Of a stretch of 64,000 nt of DNA, positions 1 through 7,110 are shown piece after piece. The DNA is from a virus (Duplodnaviria; Caudoviricetes), in IMG/VR virus record IMGVR_UViG_3300036985_003045; one strand, written 5' to 3'. Each line of letters starts with the position of its first letter. Position 1 is the first letter of the stretch. The position numbers and the translations under genes were made by a program. The notes beneath the pieces were generated by a model, which had not been told where the DNA came from, did no database searches, and worked only from the letters and a program-made list of their open reading frames with translations.

Positions 1-131
1 GCCCATTATGAGAGTTTTACCCATTGTTTCAGCTTTGAAAAACTTTAACTCTTCTGAACAATGCCAAGGCATCTTATTGGTTTTTGAATCACCCATTACA
101 TAATTGGATGAACGTGCTGCAATTAACGTTA

Positions 132-1118
132 TCATATTGCTATTGGTGCTTTAATAGTTGGGTGATAATTGTATTTTTGTAAGTCATAAGATTCAATAGT
201 GAAATCATCAATAGAATGATACTTTCTATCAATGACCAACTTAGGCAATTTGTATTCATATAAATCTCTACTCAATAGTTCATTAGCTTGTTCAATATGG
301 TTCTTGTATAGATGCACATCACCAAAAGAGATATGTAATCTATCAGGAATCATATCCACAACATTAGCAATCATTTCTGTTAATAATGCATATGAAGCAA
401 TGTTAAAGGGTAATCCCAAAAAGGTATCACAACTTCTCTGATATAAATGACAAGATAAAGCATATCTTGGTGTTTTCATATCATCCATTATCTTGTGATA
501 TTCTTCTTCATAATATTCAGATGGTTGAATATCAGATGGACAATATTTGGTTCTTTCAAAAAATGATAACTTCCTAACACCAAATTGAAAGAACGCATGA
601 CAAGGTGCTAATGCCATTCTATCATTAATAACATTTTCTTGTGGTGACCAGTGTTCATAGGGTATATCAGCAACATTCCAAGCAGATACAATATGTCTAC
701 GACTAAATGGTCTTTCTATTAATCCTTCAATAAGATTATCAATTTGGTCAACATTAGATTCACCATCACACCACCACTTTCTCCATTGGTATCCATAGAT
801 TGGTCCAAGGTCTCCATCTTCATCAGCCCATTCTTCCCAAATGGTTGGTTTATCATTACCATTCATTCTTCTTAATTGTTCATTATCTGTAGAACCAGAT
901 AAGAACCAAAGTAACTCATTAGCCACCAATTTGAATGGAGTAAACTTTCCTGGTAGTAATGGAAATCCTTTCTTTAAGTCAAACTCAAGATGCTTACCGA
1001 ATAGACTTAAAGTTCCAGTACCAGTTCTATCATCTGAATCATTACCGTCTGCTAATAGTTCCTCAAGCAAACTATAGTAACGGTCCATAGGTCTATCCAT
1101 TGGTTCTATATCGTTCAA
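132..1118 (-). CDS. thyA: thymidylate synthase (ThyA/td type)
   Basis: DRTGTGTLSLFG, ELLWFLSG, GPIYGYQWR, catalytic PCH, YQRSCD and LGLPFNIASY motifs; TTG start overlapping the upstream TGA. Confidence 0.97.
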   Translation of the reverse strand: MNDIEPMDRPMDRYYSLLEELLADGNDSDDRTGTGTLSLFGKHLEFDLKKGFPLLPGKFTPFKLVANELLWFLSGSTDNEQLRRMNGNDKPTIWEEWADEDGDLGPIYGYQWRKWWCDGESNVDQIDNLIEGLIERPFSRRHIVSAWNVADIPYEHWSPQENVINDRMALAPCHAFFQFGVRKLSFFERTKYCPSDIQPSEYYEEEYHKIMDDMKTPRYALSCHLYQRSCDTFLGLPFNIASYALLTEMIANVVDMIPDRLHISFGDVHLYKNHIEQANELLSRDLYEYKLPKLVIDRKYHSIDDFTIESYDLQKYNYHPTIKAPIAI

Positions 1119-1546
1119 AGTATTCCACCAAACTCAGTTATTATAGTGAACCCTGTGAGTGCAATATTCAACACTACAGAGAAGATAAAAATATCGTGTT
1201 TTATATCTGAGAATAGTTTCTTTTTAGCTTCTACTAATGCGTAATATAAAGAAGTATTTTTTTCTGACATATTATACAATTCTTCATCTTTTTGTCTTAG
1301 AATTTCCTCTAATGAAATATTTTGATTATTCATGCTATCAAGTAAACCTTGGTATTTAATATGAATTTCTTCAATTTCTTTTTGCTTAAGGATAATCGTG
1401 CTATTTCTTTCTTGAATAATATCAAGTCTAGAGGCAGCAAGGTCTTCTAACAATAATCTTTCTGATTCAAATAAGGAATACGAAACCCATTCTCCAGTTT
1501 TAGATTCTTTCATATTACCGAATAGCCCATTAGTATATCTTATCAT
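1115..1546 (-). CDS. hypothetical coiled-coil protein with C-terminal TM helix (RY..G..M.E..GEWV family)
   Basis: ORF coupled to neighbours; N-terminal motif shared with 1543, 2065, 34945 and 41100 ORFs; hydrophobic C-terminus. Confidence 0.7.
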   Translation of the reverse strand: MIRYTNGLFGNMKESKTGEWVSYSLFESERLLLEDLAASRLDIIQERNSTIILKQKEIEEIHIKYQGLLDSMNNQNISLEEILRQKDEELYNMSEKNTSLYYALVEAKKKLFSDIKHDIFIFSVVLNIALTGFTIITEFGGIL

Positions 1547-1845
1547 ATTTTTCCCATCATAGTCAATGCAACAATTGCTATTGTGATGAAATTTAAGGTA
1601 GATGAAATAACTAATAAAACAAATAGTTTAATACCTCTAAGTCTTGAATCTTCTAAATCATCACCAAATTCTTGACAAGTTTTTTTTAGATATTCAATTT
1701 CTTCATTGCGTTCTTTAATAACATTAAATAGCACATCAGCATTATGGTTAATTGTTTCGTCAGCTTCTTCATGTTTAACCCATTCACCAGTTTCACATTC
1801 AAACATTGTACCCATACCATTAAATCTTTGTTTATACCTTTTCAT
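1543..1845 (-). CDS. hypothetical membrane-anchored protein (same family)
   Basis: MKRYKQRFNG..GEWVKH start and KLFVLLVISSTLNF tail closely match 34945..35346. Confidence 0.75.
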   Translation of the reverse strand: MKRYKQRFNGMGTMFECETGEWVKHEEADETINHNADVLFNVIKERNEEIEYLKKTCQEFGDDLEDSRLRGIKLFVLLVISSTLNFITIAIVALTMMGKI

Positions 1846-1847
1846 TT

Positions 1848-2051
1848 TTACTCCATTGATTTCATTTCTGATAAATTATATATTTTATCTTTAACAAATA
1901 TCATCATTCCAATGTTTGTCATATGTAATTTATAATATTCAGTATTAATATGTTGATAAACACTAAAACCTGTGATAACTGAACCCATTATAAAACCAAT
2001 GATGCTAGATACAATTATTACTTTTAAATTATTTATTTTTTGAGTTGTCAT
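1848..2051 (-). CDS. hypothetical membrane protein
   Basis: ORF in a tightly packed unit; one hydrophobic segment. Confidence 0.6.
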   Translation of the reverse strand: MTTQKINNLKVIIVSSIIGFIMGSVITGFSVYQHINTEYYKLHMTNIGMMIFVKDKIYNLSEMKSME

Positions 2052-2064
2052 AATATATATACCC

Positions 2065-2334
2065 CTAAATCCAAGTAAACAAGAAAGACATTAATCCACC
2101 AAAAATGATGGCAGACATTATAATAACAGCAGTTCTTAAATTATCCACAGTTTTATTTTCTGATTTTAAATATTGATATTTTTGTATTTCTTCGGAAAAT
2201 CTATTATAAGCTTTTTCTATTTCTTTATTATGGGTAAGTTCACTAAGGTTGTAGTCTTCAAAAGTTACCCAATATCCATCCACACATTCTTCCATTTCTT
2301 TAGGTAAATCTTTATGGTTAAATCTTCTAATCAT
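2065..2334 (-). CDS. hypothetical membrane-anchored protein (same family)
   Basis: EECVDGYWVTF motif resembles 41100..41354; C-terminal TM helix. Confidence 0.7.
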   Translation of the reverse strand: MIRRFNHKDLPKEMEECVDGYWVTFEDYNLSELTHNKEIEKAYNRFSEEIQKYQYLKSENKTVDNLRTAVIIMSAIIFGGLMSFLFTWI

Positions 2335-2516
2335 TTAAGTCTCCAATAATCTTCATCACACAAAACAACATTTATAATTTTAATCATTTCTTCTCTTTGC
2401 AATACCAATTTATCTTTAGCATTTTCTGGTGAGGATGCTTCAAGGAAAGCAAAATTATTTTGTATTGTATCACCTGCAATAATTTGATATTCAATCATAT
2501 ATTCATTATACGACAT
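2331..2516 (-). CDS. hypothetical protein
   Basis: ATGA-type overlap with the downstream gene. Confidence 0.6.
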   Translation of the reverse strand: MSYNEYMIEYQIIAGDTIQNNFAFLEASSPENAKDKLVLQREEMIKIINVVLCDEDYWRLK

Positions 2517-2689
2517 TATTTCTTCCTTTTGATTTGTGGTTTTCGTTTAGGTTTTGGTATACCAGTTAAACATTCACAAGCTTCTGGTTTAACTTTACAT
2601 TTATTTCTAGTAGAACATATCTCAAGAAGTCTAAACAATTGCGATTCTGGAATAGTATATACATTTTCTTCGGTCATAATCTCTCTCAT
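2516..2689 (-). CDS. small Cys/Lys-rich hypothetical protein (57 aa, not in the ORF track)
   Basis: ATG at 2689 just downstream of the early promoter; MREIMTEENVYTIPESQLFRLLEICSTRNKCKVKPEACEC... Confidence 0.55.
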   Translation of the reverse strand: MREIMTEENVYTIPESQLFRLLEICSTRNKCKVKPEACECLTGIPKPKRKPQIKRKK

Positions 2690-2707
2690 TTAAAATTATA
2701 TAGGATT

Positions 2708-2735
2708 ATTATATCACAAAAAGAATACTTGTCAA
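2708..2735 (-). promoter_or_regulatory. early sigma70-type promoter (TTGACA-N16-TATAAT)
   Basis: plus strand reads attata at 2708-2713 and tgtcaa at 2730-2735. Confidence 0.8.
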
Positions 2736-2767
2736 GATATTTCGACTAAGTATTAATACTGATTTTT

Positions 2768-2775
2768 TATAAATA
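2768..2775 (+). promoter_or_regulatory. T4-type late promoter TATAAATA
   Basis: exact TATAAATA, followed by an AGGAGG RBS and the ATG at 2794. Confidence 0.85.
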
Positions 2776-2793
2776 GTAGTATAAGGAGGGGTT

Positions 2794-3090
2794 ATGGATA
2801 TTGGAATACCTAATTTTGATTTTTTTGGTTTGGTACAGCAATGTGGATTTCCCATAGCTTTGGCTGTTGTATGTGGTTGGTTTATTATGCAAGCCATAGA
2901 ACTGGTGTTAGGTTCAGTTGTTAAATCTATTAAAAAACTGACAGGATTACTTCGGTCTATGGATGGTAGAGTTAGTCAAATGAACGTTGATATACTTGAT
3001 TTGGATGACCTGGTATCCCAATCATTAATAGTAGAATCTTTACCTAAAAAGATACATCATCAGGTGCATCAAGAAATGAACAAGTCATGA
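2794..3090 (+). CDS. small membrane protein, YvrJ-like (paralog 1)
   Basis: QQCGFPIALAVVCGWF TM segment followed by a heptad region. Confidence 0.7.
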   Translation: MDIGIPNFDFFGLVQQCGFPIALAVVCGWFIMQAIELVLGSVVKSIKKLTGLLRSMDGRVSQMNVDILDLDDLVSQSLIVESLPKKIHHQVHQEMNKS

Positions 3091-3371
3091 ATCCGGAATA
3101 TGTAAAGTTTTTTTCGGATGTATTAACTCCAATATTAGCATCTTGTGTTTTGGGTAGTTTTATATTCACAGCACTTAAGTTTGTTTTGGGTGATGTTATA
3201 ACTTCGGTTAGAACACTGGCATCAATTGTAATGGCTCTGGAGAATAGAGTTAAAACTTGTTCTCACGAACTTATTAAGATTGATGTTACTATATCATCTG
3301 TACTAGGACTTAGACCAGATTTGGATAGAATATCCAGAATGGATGGTAAGAATGATGCTAGGAGAGATTAA
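3087..3371 (+). CDS. small membrane protein (paralog 2)
   Basis: N-terminal TM plus LENRVKTCSHELIKID heptad like its neighbours; ATGA overlap. Confidence 0.7.
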   Translation: MNPEYVKFFSDVLTPILASCVLGSFIFTALKFVLGDVITSVRTLASIVMALENRVKTCSHELIKIDVTISSVLGLRPDLDRISRMDGKNDARRD

Positions 3372-3634
3372 TGGATGTTACAGAAATAGGTAATCTCATA
3401 CAACAATATGGATTTCCAATTGTTGCGGCTGGATACATGTTAAAGATGGTAAAATATGTTTGGTCATTTACTATTGAACAGATTAATCCAGTATTAGGTG
3501 AAGCTTCAAAAGAATTGATTACTTTAATTGATAGAATACGATTATTGGATAATGATTTATTGAGACTTACTGCGAAATTGAATACCGTATTGCAGATGCG
3601 TGAAAATGCTCAGAAACAAAAGAATGAAAAATGA
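3371..3634 (+). CDS. small membrane protein, YvrJ-like (paralog 3)
   Basis: QQYGFPIVAAGYML and LIDRIRLLDNDLLRL segments. Confidence 0.7.
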   Translation: MDVTEIGNLIQQYGFPIVAAGYMLKMVKYVWSFTIEQINPVLGEASKELITLIDRIRLLDNDLLRLTAKLNTVLQMRENAQKQKNEK

Positions 3635-4062
3635 AAACTATAATCTTATTACTGTTTATGTTCAGCAATGTCCAAGCAGAACAAAGTTTTTCGTTTAAAT
3701 CTCCAGCATTTAGTGGTATAGGATATTCTTCACATGTTCAAACAATAGAAAATACTGAAACTACTAGAAAACAAGCATTAGAGGCACAGAAATTACAAGA
3801 TGCCAAGGATGCTTCAGCATTAGCTAAGAACACTAATCTTAATAAGTTTCTGAATAACTTTGAAAGTCGTGTTTATGCTCAATTATCAACTCAATTGATT
3901 AACAACTTATTTGGTGAAAATCCAAAGAATAGTGGAACAGTTCAGATTGAAGGTAATACTATAACGTATACCAAGACAGCTGACCAAATATCAATGACTA
4001 TTACTGGTGCAGATGGTAATGTAACACAAGTAATAATACCTGTCGGTAGTTTTACATTCTAA
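3631..4062 (+). CDS. csgF: curli assembly protein CsgF-like
   Basis: signal peptide; FSFKSPAFSG N-terminus; FLNNFESRVYAQLSTQL and ITITGADG..TQV segments typical of CsgF; directly before csgG. Confidence 0.85.
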   Translation: MKTIILLLFMFSNVQAEQSFSFKSPAFSGIGYSSHVQTIENTETTRKQALEAQKLQDAKDASALAKNTNLNKFLNNFESRVYAQLSTQLINNLFGENPKNSGTVQIEGNTITYTKTADQISMTITGADGNVTQVIIPVGSFTF

Positions 4063-4850
4063 TGCGTATTATAGTATTATGCCTATTATTAACAGGATGT
4101 TCTGGTGGTATATTAACTCCCTTTAATGTATTCACTAATGAACCAGAAGTATTAGCAATAAATGAGAAACGAGAAACAATTCTACCTGCCCCTAAAGATG
4201 GTAAAGTAGTTGTTGCGGTATATTCATTTTTGGATAAGACAGGTCAAAGAAAAGATTCTGCTACTATTGCAAAATTATCATCTGCTGTAACACAAGGGGG
4301 TGAATCTATATTATTAAAATCATTGGAGGATGCTGGTGATGGTATGTGGTTTAGGGTTGTTGAACGAGTTGGTTTAGATAATTTATTAAAAGAACGACAA
4401 TTGATTCGTTCAGCGAGAGATGAAGCAAAGGATGATAAACAAATAGGTTCGATTCTTTATGCTGGTATGATACTTGAAGGTGCAATAGTATCATATGATA
4501 CCAATATCAGAACTGGTGGTATTGGATTAAGATATATGGGAATAGGACCCGATACACAATATCAGGAAGATATGGTAACTGTATCATTGAGAGCTATTAG
4601 TACACAAACTGGTGAGGTATTACTCACTATTAATGTACAGAAAACAATATTGAGTTATACAGTAGGTGTTGCTGTATTTAAGTTTTTTGATATGGGAACA
4701 CAATCATTCGAAAATGAAGTTGGTGCTACTAAGACTGAGGCAGGAATATATGCATTGAAATCGGCATTAGATTTAGCAGTTGAAGAATTAATTATTAAAG
4801 GTGAAAGAAAAAGATTATGGAAATTTTCAAAAACTTTTAGGAATAATTAA
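4062..4850 (+). CDS. csgG: curli secretion channel CsgG-like lipoprotein
   Basis: lipobox LLLTGC; VAVYSFLDKTGQRK, SSAVTQG, WFRVVERVGLDNLLKERQLIR, LEGAIVSYDTN, VTVSLRAISTQTGEVL. Confidence 0.95.
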   Translation: MRIIVLCLLLTGCSGGILTPFNVFTNEPEVLAINEKRETILPAPKDGKVVVAVYSFLDKTGQRKDSATIAKLSSAVTQGGESILLKSLEDAGDGMWFRVVERVGLDNLLKERQLIRSARDEAKDDKQIGSILYAGMILEGAIVSYDTNIRTGGIGLRYMGIGPDTQYQEDMVTVSLRAISTQTGEVLLTINVQKTILSYTVGVAVFKFFDMGTQSFENEVGATKTEAGIYALKSALDLAVEELIIKGERKRLWKFSKTFRNN

Positions 4851-5561
4851 ATGAACATCATAAGAAATCTATTACTGTTTGTTATGCTTACAGTAATAAA
4901 TCAATCATCAATAGGAGATAGTGGTGGAAATTCTGTATACATTGACCAGACTAATGCAGATAACTCTACTGTAAATATTACACAAACAGGTGCAAATAAT
5001 ACTGTAGGGGACCCAGATTCTATTGGTTCACCATCTTTTCAAATAGAAGGCAACTCTATGTTGTTTACTATTATTCAAGATGGTATGAACAATGCTATAA
5101 CAGGTAATCTTATTGGTGGTGGAGCAACTGCTGATATTACTCAAACTGGTAATAGCAACTCTACTGATTTAAATATGGGCAATATGGGTACTGGTTCAGG
5201 TACTTTAAGTTTGGATTTAACAGGTAGTAATAATACAACTAATCTTAATATTGGATTATTGCATGATTCTGGAAACTATTCATATCTTTCAACTATTACT
5301 GGTAGTAATAACATTTTAACTAGCACTATTAATAGTAAATACACTGAGAATACTTTTATAGTAACGGGGTCTGGTAATGCAATCACAACTACTCAATCTG
5401 GTGCTAATGGCACTAATCTTATTGCTGGTAATAATATCGCCATATCCAATATTGGAAGCAATAATACCATAGGGATTAGCCAAGATGGAACAACGAATCC
5501 AAATTCGGCTATTGTCAATCTTACTGGTGATAATGCTATTGTTAATATCGAGCAACATTAA
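4851..5561 (+). CDS. curlin-repeat protein (CsgA/CsgB-like)
   Basis: signal peptide, then N/G/T/S-rich repeats with a Q.G..N / TG.NN pattern (ITQTGANN, IIQDGMNN, ITQTGNSN, LTGSNN, ITGSNN, TQSGAN). Confidence 0.8.
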   Translation: MNIIRNLLLFVMLTVINQSSIGDSGGNSVYIDQTNADNSTVNITQTGANNTVGDPDSIGSPSFQIEGNSMLFTIIQDGMNNAITGNLIGGGATADITQTGNSNSTDLNMGNMGTGSGTLSLDLTGSNNTTNLNIGLLHDSGNYSYLSTITGSNNILTSTINSKYTENTFIVTGSGNAITTTQSGANGTNLIAGNNIAISNIGSNNTIGISQDGTTNPNSAIVNLTGDNAIVNIEQH

Positions 5562-6543
5562 GGCTGGTATAGGTTCAATAACAGAACATAAAGGTAATGC
5601 TTCTATTACAAGAGAGAAATCAGTATTAGAAGCAAAGAAGGATTCAAGTATTGATTCTATGGATACCATTGAAACTGGTAAAGGTGAAGTGGGTATATCT
5701 TTTGAGGATGATACTCAAGTAAAGGTAACAGAAAATAGTAAATTGGTTATAGATGATTTTGTCTATGACCCCAATAATAAAAGTGTTGGTAAATTGGCAT
5801 TGAAATGTGCTATAGGTACTGTAAGATATGCTTCAGGTAATATAGCACATGCTAATGCCAAGAATGTTGCTATCAATACACCTACAGCAACCATAGCAGT
5901 ACGGGGTACAGCATTTACCATGACTGTAGATGAAATTGGTCAGTCAATGATTATATTACTTCCAAATTTAGATGGGAGTGTTGGTGAGATTGAAGTTAGA
6001 ACTGCTATAGGTTCTGTTGTATTGAATCAAGCATTTCAAGCAACAGTAACGACTTCAAATGAAATTAAACCAACGAAACCAGTGGTGTTATTGATTAATG
6101 AATCAGCTATTACTAATATGATGATAGTAAAACCACCAAAAGAGATTACACAAAAACTAATTGAGGATAACAAATCAGGTTCAGCATTAGATTTTAATGG
6201 ATTAGATAAAGATGCATTATCAGTAAGAGTTTTTATAGACCCATTTGCAAAATTTAATGAATTAAGTGTTGATGCATTATTGATAGATTATTTAATAAAT
6301 GCTTTAGAAGATGCATTTTCAGTAGGTACATTTGCTGCTGGATATAATTCACAGAATCAAGTTTATATATTTGATAAGCAAACAAATTGGCAAGTCCAAC
6401 GAACAGTGAAACAAAGTGCTACATTATTACTTAACAAAGACCGTGGTTACAATATAACATTAGTACAAGATGGGACAACAGTGAAATTACAAAGTGCAGA
6501 TACAACCACTAATAATATTTCAATAAAACAAGGAGCAAACTAA
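5485..6543 (+). CDS. secreted FecR-domain protein (likely start ATG 5533)
   Basis: D.I.TG.G.V.I.FEDDTQVKVTENSKLVID and TPTATIAVRGTAF FecR-type motifs; signal peptide from M17. Confidence 0.85.
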   Translation: MEQRIQIRLLSILLVIMLLLISSNIKAGIGSITEHKGNASITREKSVLEAKKDSSIDSMDTIETGKGEVGISFEDDTQVKVTENSKLVIDDFVYDPNNKSVGKLALKCAIGTVRYASGNIAHANAKNVAINTPTATIAVRGTAFTMTVDEIGQSMIILLPNLDGSVGEIEVRTAIGSVVLNQAFQATVTTSNEIKPTKPVVLLINESAITNMMIVKPPKEITQKLIEDNKSGSALDFNGLDKDALSVRVFIDPFAKFNELSVDALLIDYLINALEDAFSVGTFAAGYNSQNQVYIFDKQTNWQVQRTVKQSATLLLNKDRGYNITLVQDGTTVKLQSADTTTNNISIKQGAN

Positions 6544-6821
6544 TGGCAATAGCTAAGAAAGAAGAAAAGAAAGAAGATTTTATGACATCAAAATGGCGAC
6601 CAATGATGGCAATATCATATATGGCTATTTGTTTGTTTGACTTTATGGCAGGTCCAATTCTATACAATGTTCTCCAGTATATGAATCCTGGACAACATCT
6701 AGAAATGTGGCAAGCAGTTACATTACAAGGTGGTGGGTTATATCATCTATCAATGGGTGCTATTATTGGTATTACTGCTTTTGGTAGAACTAAAGAGAAA
6801 TTAGCAGAAACTACTGAATAA
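6543..6821 (+). CDS. holin, 3TM GTA-type
   Basis: WRPMMAISYMAICLFDF...TLQGGGLYHLSMGAIIGITAFGRTKEK pattern of the 3TM holin family. Confidence 0.75.
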   Translation: MAIAKKEEKKEDFMTSKWRPMMAISYMAICLFDFMAGPILYNVLQYMNPGQHLEMWQAVTLQGGGLYHLSMGAIIGITAFGRTKEKLAETTE

Positions 6822-6828
6822 ATAGTTA

Positions 6829-6915
6829 TGTGGTACAGCTATCTAAGAATAAATCCTATTGTGATAATTTCAATATAGGAAAGTATGCATCGGGTCTTAG
6901 ATAGTTTGTACCGCA
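6829..6915. other. long stem-loop between convergent units (possible bidirectional terminator or ncRNA)
   Basis: gtggtaca-gctatctaaga pairs with tcttagatagt-ttgtaccgc; inner tcctattg/caatatagga hairpin. Confidence 0.55.
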
Positions 6916-7110
6916 TTTTTACCTATTGAGAATATAACAAGTAACTTCAAATCCTAATCTGATATCTTTATAAGTCGGTGTTTTCCACTTCATCTTGTTC
7001 TCCTAATTTATACATAAAGTCTAAGAATTCCTCAAATGTCAGACCTCCTGGCATTGAATAGAATGTACATTCAACAGATTCTTTCATTCTTTCTAAATCA
7101 AAATTCATAA

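Noticed and set aside
132-1118. dCMP hydroxymethylase or a td group I intron
   Set aside because: The dUMP-specifying Asn (PFN) is retained and the ORF is continuous; nrdB and nrdA are also uninterrupted.
2736-2793. Glutamine (glnA) riboswitch upstream of the curli genes, as recalled for another curli phage
   Set aside because: The leader is too short, and I see no glnA-type three-stem consensus.
6860-6875. CRP site near the cyclase
   Set aside because: Only the TGTGA half-site matches; the second half does not fit TCACA at 6-bp spacing.
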